In this document: piece after piece, positions 57,645-64,000 of the stretch
How positions within the stretch are numbered: the stretch's first letter is position 1
Layout: each line of letters starts with the position of its first letter
Source: Devosia sp.
GTDB lineage: Bacteria > Pseudomonadota > Alphaproteobacteria > Rhizobiales > Devosiaceae
Direction: 5' to 3'
Assembly (NCBI GenBank): GCA_030680995.1
Contig: JAUXUM010000082.1
Coordinates: 1,392 to 65,391 of the forward strand
DNA: 64,000 bases
Program-made: the position numbers and the translations under genes
The notes under the pieces: generated by a model
What the model saw: only the letters and a program-made list of their open reading frames with translations
Databases searched by the model: none
What the model was told of the DNA's origin: nothing

Positions 57645-58961
57645 TCACCGTTTATTGTGCAGCAGCCCCTGGAACGCCCGGTAGCTCGATTTGGGGGTGC
57701 GCTGCTGGGTGGCATAATCCACATGGACGATGCCGAAGCGCTTGTCGTAGCCCTCGGCCCATTCGTAATTGTCGAGCAGCGACCAGGCGAAATAGCCGCG
57801 CACGTCGGCGCCCTGTTCCTGCGCGGCGCGCACGGCTTTCAAGTGATCGTCGTAGTATCCGACGCGGCGCGGATCGTCGGCGCCCTCGACCTCGGCCATG
57901 CCGTTCTCGGTGACGTAGAGCGGCACCTTGGTGTAGTCGCGCGAGACGCGGACGAGCAGTTCCGTCAGCCCCTGCGGGTAGATCTCCCAGCCGATATCGG
58001 TCTTTTCCAGCGGCCCGTCGACCGCCTTGGCCGGGAAGCCGGGATTTGCCGGATCGTGCCGCAGGAGCGAGCGCGAATAGTAGTTGATGCCGGCCCAGTC
58101 GAGCGGGGCGGAAACCACTTCCATGTCGCTCTCGAAGCCCCGCGGCAGATGCGGGGCGAAGAGCTTGACGATGTCGGCCGGGTACTGGCCCTTGTAGAGC
58201 CCGTCCAGATACCAGCGGTTGAAGATACCGTCGAAAAGATCGGAGGCCTGCTGGTCTTCGGGCTTGTCCGAGGCCGGTTCGCATTTCTGCAGGTTGGTGA
58301 CGATGCCCAGGTTCTTGGCGCCTTCGGCCCGCAGCGCGCCGATGGCGGTGCCATGGGCGAAGAGCACGTGATGCATGGCGCGGGCGGCGGCGCGGACATC
58401 GCGATGACCCGGCGCGTGCTTGCCGAGGAAGTGGCTGAGGAAGGCCACGCACCAGGGCTCGTTGATGGTGGCGGTGGCATGCAACCGGTCGCCGAAATTG
58501 CGGGCGACCAGCGCGGCGTAGTCGGCGAACCAGTTGGCGATGTCGCGGTTCATCCAGCCGCCCTGGTCCTGCAGCGCGCTGGGCAGGTCCCAATGATAGA
58601 GCGTGGCGAAGGGCTTGATGCCGCGCGCCAGCATGCCGTCGATCAGCCGGTCGTAGAAATCGAGGCCGGCCTGGTTGACCGCGCCGGTGCCATCCGGGAT
58701 CAGCCGCGGCCAGGCGAAGGAGAAGCGGTAGCCATCGAAACCGCCGTCGCGGATCAGATCGAGGTCTTCGGGCCAGCGGTGGTAGTGGTCACAGGCGACG
58801 GCGCCGGTGTCGCCGTTCTTGACGTTGCCGGGGGTGGCCGAAAACGTGTCCCAGATCGAAGGGCCGCGGCCGCCGGTCTGGCCGCCTTCGATCTGGTAGG
58901 CGGCGGTGGCGGCGCCGAAAACGAAATTAGGGCCGAACTCGCTGCGGTTCGATGAAAACAT
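57645..58961 (-). CDS. GH1 beta-glucosidase
   Basis: FVFGAATAAYQIEG, acid/base TINEPW, nucleophile YVTENG. GGAGGG SD before the ATG at 58961. Confidence 0.9.
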   Translation of the reverse strand: MFSSNRSEFGPNFVFGAATAAYQIEGGQTGGRGPSIWDTFSATPGNVKNGDTGAVACDHYHRWPEDLDLIRDGGFDGYRFSFAWPRLIPDGTGAVNQAGLDFYDRLIDGMLARGIKPFATLYHWDLPSALQDQGGWMNRDIANWFADYAALVARNFGDRLHATATINEPWCVAFLSHFLGKHAPGHRDVRAAARAMHHVLFAHGTAIGALRAEGAKNLGIVTNLQKCEPASDKPEDQQASDLFDGIFNRWYLDGLYKGQYPADIVKLFAPHLPRGFESDMEVVSAPLDWAGINYYSRSLLRHDPANPGFPAKAVDGPLEKTDIGWEIYPQGLTELLVRVSRDYTKVPLYVTENGMAEVEGADDPRRVGYYDDHLKAVRAAQEQGADVRGYFAWSLLDNYEWAEGYDKRFGIVHVDYATQQRTPKSSYRAFQGLLHNKR

Positions 58962-59025
58962 TGTCGCGCCCTCCACGCTGAAATCCGATGTTCAGAAACC
59001 GTTCATCCGTGTGGCGACGGCATGA

Positions 59026-59039
59026 TGAAATCGATTTCA
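59026..59039. promoter_or_regulatory. perfect 14-bp palindrome TGAAATCGATTTCA (LacI/CcpA-type operator shape)
   Basis: Lies 65-78 nt upstream of the beta-glucosidase start. Has the central CG typical of LacI-family sites. Confidence 0.45.
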
Positions 59040-59076
59040 CATAGCAGCGCGAGGCGCGCCTGTCACCCCGCGACGA

Positions 59077-60150
59077 TCAGGCGCGGAACGATGGGCTGGC
59101 GTCGAGGATTTTGCGCGCAATGGCTTGAAATGCCTGGGCTTCCGGGCTTTGCGGGGCGCTGGCGACAACGGGGTTTCCGCTATCGGAGGTCTCGCGGATC
59201 GCCATCACCAGCGGCATCTCCCCGAGGAACGGCAAACCCATTGATTGCGCAGCGCTTTTCGCTCCGCCATGGCCGAAAATGTCGTAGCGCCGGCCGGTAT
59301 CCGGGGCGATGAAAAAGCTCATGTTTTCAATGAGGCCGAGCAGCGGCACGCCGGTCCGGCGCAGCATGTCGATGGCCTTTTTGGCGTCGATCAGCGCCAG
59401 GTCCTGCGGGGTGGAAACGATCACCGCCCCGGCGATAGGCACTTGTTGTACAAGGGAAATCTGGATGTCGCCGGTGCCGGGGGGGAGGTCGACCACCAGC
59501 ACGTCGAGTTCGCCCCAGTCGCTTTCGCGCAGCAGCTGGCGCAGCGCCGAGGTCGCCATCGGCCCGCGCCAGACCACCGCCTGATTGGGCGTGAGCATCG
59601 ATCCGATCGACATTATATTCAGGCCAAAGGCCTGATGCGGCGAGAAGATTCCGTCCTCACGCACCGCCGGCCTGCCTTCGAGACCGAGCAGCCTGGGGAT
59701 CGAGGGACCGTAAAGATCGGCATCGAGGATGCCGGTGCGCAAGCCCTCGGCGGCGAAGGCCAGCGCCAGATTCACCGCCACGGTGGACTTGCCCACCCCG
59801 CCCTTGCCGGAACCGACCGCGATGATGTTGCGAACGCCGGGCACCGCTTCCTTGGCCGGTGGGCCGGGACGATGGGCGTGGCCCTGCGCGGCGGTGGCCT
59901 TGTCGGAAGTCAATGAAACCATGACCTTACGGCCTTCGGCCACGCGCTCGGCCGCCTGCTGCGCCGCGGAGCGGGCCGGCCCGAAGGCTGCCTCCATGCC
60001 CGGCGCGACCGAGATGGCGAAGGCCACGGCGCCGGTGGTGACGATGATCTCGGACAGCCCACCATAACCGGAGAGGCTGCCGCCGCCGGGGATTTCGACC
60101 CCTGTCAAGGCCGCCTTGACGGCCTCGGCGATGATCGGGTTGTCCGCCAT
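59077..60150 (-). CDS. apbC: Mrp/NBP35 (ApbC) Fe-S cluster carrier ATPase
   Basis: The N-terminal domain begins at MADNP. Deviant Walker A GKGGVGKST and a CxxC-less C-terminus typical of the Mrp family. ATGA overlap with the upstream gene. Confidence 0.85.
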   Translation of the reverse strand: MADNPIIAEAVKAALTGVEIPGGGSLSGYGGLSEIIVTTGAVAFAISVAPGMEAAFGPARSAAQQAAERVAEGRKVMVSLTSDKATAAQGHAHRPGPPAKEAVPGVRNIIAVGSGKGGVGKSTVAVNLALAFAAEGLRTGILDADLYGPSIPRLLGLEGRPAVREDGIFSPHQAFGLNIMSIGSMLTPNQAVVWRGPMATSALRQLLRESDWGELDVLVVDLPPGTGDIQISLVQQVPIAGAVIVSTPQDLALIDAKKAIDMLRRTGVPLLGLIENMSFFIAPDTGRRYDIFGHGGAKSAAQSMGLPFLGEMPLVMAIRETSDSGNPVVASAPQSPEAQAFQAIARKILDASPSFRA

Positions 60151-60803
60151 CAGAGAATCGACTGGCCGGTGGCCTTCCAATCCTTGACGAAGTTCTCAAG
60201 CCCGATGGTTGTCAGCGGGTGGTCAGCAAGTTTGCGGATCACCGACGGCGGCATGGTCGCCACGTCGGCGCCGGCCATTGCCGCCTGCGTCACGTGATTG
60301 GGGGTGCGGATCGAAGCGGCGAGGATCTCGGTCGAGAAGGCATAGTTGTCGTAGATCGTGCGGATCTGCTCGATCAGTTCCATCCCTTCGAGATTGATGT
60401 CGTCCAGCCGGCCGATAAATGGCGAAACATAGGTCGCGCCAACCTTGGCTGCGAGCAGCGCCTGGTTGGGCGAGAAACAGAGCGTCACATTGGTCTTGAT
60501 GCCGGTGTCGGTGAAATGCTTGCAGGCCTTGAGGCCGGCCAGCGTCAACGGCACCTTGACCACCACATTGTCGGCGATTTTGGCGAGCCGCTCGCCCTCC
60601 TTGATCATGCCATCATAGTCGGTGGCGGCAACCTCGGCGGAGACCGGACCGGCCACGACCTTGCAGATATCGGCGATCAGTTCCTTGAAATCACGGCCGG
60701 ATTTGGCGACCAGCGAGGGGTTGGTGGTCACCCCGTCGAGCAGCCCGGTCTGGGACAGCTCCTCGATTTCCTTGAAATCACCAGTATCGACGAAAAACTT
60801 CAT
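60150..60803 (-). CDS. tal: transaldolase / fructose-6-phosphate aldolase (type 3B)
   Basis: [47 protein letters not shown]. 217 aa. Confidence 0.9.
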   Translation of the reverse strand: MKFFVDTGDFKEIEELSQTGLLDGVTTNPSLVAKSGRDFKELIADICKVVAGPVSAEVAATDYDGMIKEGERLAKIADNVVVKVPLTLAGLKACKHFTDTGIKTNVTLCFSPNQALLAAKVGATYVSPFIGRLDDINLEGMELIEQIRTIYDNYAFSTEILAASIRTPNHVTQAAMAGADVATMPPSVIRKLADHPLTTIGLENFVKDWKATGQSIL

Positions 60804-60945
60804 CGTTCCCCTCCAGGAAACTTGTTTCTTTTTGAGCGGACCGATTGTGCCTTGCGACGCCGCTGCGCCGCAAGGCCAATCGCCGCTCGTTCCATATGGT
60901 CCTTCCGGACCATCGCACCAAGCGGACAGCCCGGAAAACCGTGTG

Positions 60946-62130
60946 CTAGCGAATGGCAGCGAGCAAGTGGTCGGCCAGTTCACCAATGCGACCTTCGGGG
61001 ATGCCCGCGACATTGATGCGACTGTCGTTGATCATGTAGACGCCGTCCTTGGTCTTGAGTTCTTCGACCACATCCTGCGGCAAGCCCAGCAGCGAAAACA
61101 TGCCCGAATGCTCGGCGATGAAATCGAAATCCCTGGAATTCGATCGCTGCCGGATGGCGTCGGTCAATTTGACGCGCAAGCGCTTCATGCGTTCCCGCAT
61201 CTGCGTGAGTTCGGCCTGCCACTCGGCCCGCAGTTCCTCGTCTTCGAGGATGACGCGGACGATTTCGGCGCCATGATCGGGCGTCTGCGAGATGGTGGCG
61301 CGGATGACATTCTGCATCTGGCTCGAGACGATCTCGGCATCGGCCTCGTTCCTGCCGATGGCGATGGCGACACCGGCGCGCTCACGATAGAGGCCGAAAT
61401 TCTTGGAGGCCGAGAAGGCCACCATCGATTCGGGCACCGACGAGACCACCTTGCGGACCCCGTATGCATCCTCTTCAAGCCCGTCGCCGAAGCCCAGATA
61501 GGCAAGATCGATCAGCGGAAAGGCACCAGTGCGCTCGAGGCTTTCAACGACCGCATCCCACTGCCCGCGGGAAAGGTTGGCTCCGGTGGGATTATGGCAG
61601 CAGCCATGGATGAGCAGAACGTCGTCGGAGGTGAGATCATCGACCGCCCGCATCATGGCCTCGAAATCGACGCGCCGGCTCTGCGCGTCGAAATACGGGT
61701 AGAAATGCGGCTTCAGCCCGACCAGTTCGGCCATCGGCCAGTGATTCGGCCAGCTTGGGTCGGAAATGAAGATGCGGCCGCCGGGACGCGCCCGGCTCAG
61801 GACATTCATCAGGATCGACAGTGCACCAGTGCCGCCGGCGCCGTTGACGGTGCGAATGCGCTTCAAATCGACAACACCGCCCAGAGCGAGATCGACCACG
61901 GCTGCGGAAAAGCCCTTGTTGCCGACAACGCCCATGTAGGTCTTGGTTTTCGCCGCATCGAGGATGCGCTGCTCAGCCTTGCGGACCGAACTCATGATCG
62001 GGGTCAACCCCGTGTGGTCCTTGTAGACGCCGACGCCCAGATCGATCTTGTCGGTGCGGGGGTCGGCAGCGTACTCGGCCATCAGCACGAAAATCTTGTC
62101 GAGCGTGGCCTTCTTGAGGGTTTCGAACAT
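60946..62130 (-). CDS. class I aspartate/aromatic amino-acid aminotransferase
   Basis: [10 protein letters not shown], and [14 protein letters not shown] (PLP lysine motif). Confidence 0.85.
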   Translation of the reverse strand: MFETLKKATLDKIFVLMAEYAADPRTDKIDLGVGVYKDHTGLTPIMSSVRKAEQRILDAAKTKTYMGVVGNKGFSAAVVDLALGGVVDLKRIRTVNGAGGTGALSILMNVLSRARPGGRIFISDPSWPNHWPMAELVGLKPHFYPYFDAQSRRVDFEAMMRAVDDLTSDDVLLIHGCCHNPTGANLSRGQWDAVVESLERTGAFPLIDLAYLGFGDGLEEDAYGVRKVVSSVPESMVAFSASKNFGLYRERAGVAIAIGRNEADAEIVSSQMQNVIRATISQTPDHGAEIVRVILEDEELRAEWQAELTQMRERMKRLRVKLTDAIRQRSNSRDFDFIAEHSGMFSLLGLPQDVVEELKTKDGVYMINDSRINVAGIPEGRIGELADHLLAAIR

Positions 62131-62195
62131 CTGGGGATCCAGGCAAGGAAGGTGCGGCCGCTTTTATAGGCGGAGGGGCAGGATTTGCAATCGTC

Positions 62196-63140
62196 TCACC
62201 GTTTGACGCCCAAACGCTCCAACTCGGCGATCAGGGCCGGCACGATCTCGAACAGGTCGCCGACCAGCGCGTAGTCGGCCAGCTTGACCAGCGGCGCCTC
62301 CGGATCGGAATTGATGGCGATAATCTTCTTGGCGCCCTGGATGCCAGCCAGATGCTGCAATGCACCCGAAATCCCCACCGCAATGTAGAGATCCGGCGCG
62401 ATGATCTTGCCGGTCTGGCCGACCTGCCAGTCGTTCGGCGCATAGCCGGCGTCGACCGCCGCACGGGTGGCACCGACGGCGGCCCCGAGCTTGCCGGCGA
62501 GTTGCTCGACCAGTGCGAACTTTTCGGCCGAGCCAAGGGAGACGCCGCCGCCAACTACGATCTGAGCGGTGGAAAGATCCGGCAGGTCGCCCTCGGTGCG
62601 GTGCGCCGCGACGAAGCGCGCCACGGCCACGACACCGCTCGCGTCGACCGGCTCGATCAGCGCCGCATTGCCTTGCGCGGCAGGCCGGAAGGCTGAAGCC
62701 CGGATGGTCAGGAGGTGCCTGGGCTGGTTCGAGGTCACCGTCTCGATGGCGTTGCCGGCATAGATGGGACGCTCGAAGCGGTTGGGGCCGAGGATGGCGA
62801 TCACATCGGTCACCGGCATCAGATCGAGCTTTGCGGCAAGGCGGGGGATCACATCGCGACCGACAGAGGCCGCGGCAGCGATAACGTGCGTATAATCGGG
62901 CGCCAGGTGCTCAAGCAGCGGCGTCAATGCCTCGGCGGAGAGACCGTTCAACTCAGCGCTTTGCGCCACGCGCACATGCGCGACCCCGGCAATGGCCGCT
63001 GCGGCGATCGTGACCTGATCGACCCCTTCGCCCGCGACCAGGACGTCGACCGCTCCCAGTTCCGCTGCAGCTGCGACGATACGGGCGGTCGACGCAGAAA
63101 GTGTCCCCAGATCGTGCTCGGCCAGGACCAGAACGGCCAT
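62196..63140 (-). CDS. etfA: electron transfer flavoprotein subunit alpha
   Basis: 314 aa with the C-terminal FAD-binding pattern PDLYIAVGISGALQHLAG. Follows etfB with an overlap. Confidence 0.9.
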   Translation of the reverse strand: MAVLVLAEHDLGTLSASTARIVAAAAELGAVDVLVAGEGVDQVTIAAAAIAGVAHVRVAQSAELNGLSAEALTPLLEHLAPDYTHVIAAAASVGRDVIPRLAAKLDLMPVTDVIAILGPNRFERPIYAGNAIETVTSNQPRHLLTIRASAFRPAAQGNAALIEPVDASGVVAVARFVAAHRTEGDLPDLSTAQIVVGGGVSLGSAEKFALVEQLAGKLGAAVGATRAAVDAGYAPNDWQVGQTGKIIAPDLYIAVGISGALQHLAGIQGAKKIIAINSDPEAPLVKLADYALVGDLFEIVPALIAELERLGVKR

Positions 63141-63898
63141 CAGAGTGTCTCCAGCTGGGAGAGTTCGGCCGTTATGGCGGCGGCCAGTTCCGACACGCCG
63201 GTAACGATACGGCCCCCCTCGCGCTCCGGCGGCGGCGAGACCCTTTCGATCTCCAGGCGCGGCGCGATATCGACGCCGAACTCGGCAATTGAACGAACGG
63301 TCAGTGGCTTCTGCCGCGCCCTCATCACCATGGGCAGACCCGCATTGCGCGGCATATTGAGACGCAGATCCGCAGTCACCACCGCCGGCAGCGGGATGGC
63401 GATGGTCGTGCGGCCAAATTCCACTTCGCGGGTGACCTCGAGGCCGTTGCCAACCACCTTGATCCCGGAGGCGAAAGTCGCCTGCGGCCAGTCGAGCAAG
63501 CCGGCCAGCATCTGACCCACGTGGTTGCTGTCGTCGTCAACCGCCTGCTTGCCGAGCAGCACAAGATCAGGCCTCTCCTCGTCGGCGGCCGCCTTGAGCA
63601 GCTTGGCCACCGCAAGGGTTTCCAGCCTGCCCTCGGCTTCTATGAGGATGCCGCGATGCGCGCCCATGGCGAGCGCGGTAAGGATCACGTCGTTGGCCTG
63701 CTTCGGCCCAATGGAGACGATGACGATTTCGTCGGCGCGGCCCGCTTCGTTCAACGCCACGGCAGCCTCGACAGCGTGCTTGTCGAACGGGTTCATCGAC
63801 ATCCGCACATTGTCGGTCTCGACCCCGGAACGGTCGGGGCGGACGCGGACCCGCACCGCATGGTCGACGACGCGCTTGACGGCAACGAGAATCTTCAT
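63140..63898 (-). CDS. etfB: electron transfer flavoprotein subunit beta
   Basis: MKILVAVKRVVDHAVRVRV..NPFDKHAVEAAV is a typical EtfB N-terminus. Start chosen at 63898. Confidence 0.9.
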   Translation of the reverse strand: MKILVAVKRVVDHAVRVRVRPDRSGVETDNVRMSMNPFDKHAVEAAVALNEAGRADEIVIVSIGPKQANDVILTALAMGAHRGILIEAEGRLETLAVAKLLKAAADEERPDLVLLGKQAVDDDSNHVGQMLAGLLDWPQATFASGIKVVGNGLEVTREVEFGRTTIAIPLPAVVTADLRLNMPRNAGLPMVMRARQKPLTVRSIAEFGVDIAPRLEIERVSPPPEREGGRIVTGVSELAAAITAELSQLETL

Positions 63899-64000
63899 CG
63901 GCGCCTTGCTCCACCCGGAAAGCTGGCGCTTCTTTCGCAAATCCGGGTGTCATGGGCAAGGATCGGGGTGGAATATTCCAGCCGCGGCGTGGGCAAAGAT

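Overview
High-GC (visually about 63-66%) alphaproteobacterial, Rhizobiales-like chromosomal window. No database searches were run: family calls rest on motifs read from the supplied translations and on recalled family signatures. No rRNA, tRNA or CRISPR array was seen.

Most of the window is ordinary metabolism:
- Several sugar and sugar-acid catabolic loci (about 0.5-12.6 kb and 23-39 kb). Each has a CUT1- or CUT2-type ABC importer, a GntR or IclR regulator, enolase-superfamily dehydratases, SDRs, CoA-transferases, a lactonase and a GH88 hydrolase.
- A complete clade-I nitrous-oxide reductase cluster, nosRZDFYLX (14.2-23.2 kb).
- A YbbA/YbbP-like ABC pair.
- A GH1 beta-glucosidase plus a CUT1 transporter.
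- Housekeeping genes at the right edge: apbC/mrp, transaldolase, an aminotransferase and etfBA.

The accessory content is two visibly lower-GC insertions that flank the CUT1 sugar-transporter operon.
- Island 1 (about 44.5-48.1 kb) carries a vsr / NaeI-like endonuclease / C5-methyltransferase operon. It sits next to a remnant of a Type ISP-like enzyme.
- Island 2 (about 51.9-57.6 kb) carries a second cassette: vsr, a C5-methyltransferase and an Eco29kI-like GIY-YIG endonuclease. This cassette sits exactly between the N- and C-terminal remnants of a decayed large Type IIG/IIL-like enzyme gene.
- Island 2 also holds a 2.3 kb IS1595-family element inserted in the centre of a REP-like palindrome. 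It carries an uncharacterised passenger ORF with a HEPN-type RNDILH (Rx4H) motif.

Other observations:
- A CaiB/BaiF CoA-transferase gene is interrupted by an in-frame TAA.
- LacI-type palindromic operators are present with no LacI gene in the window.
- An FNR/NnrR-like box lies upstream of a ferritin-like gene next to nosR.
- Several REP-like repeat families mark the island borders.
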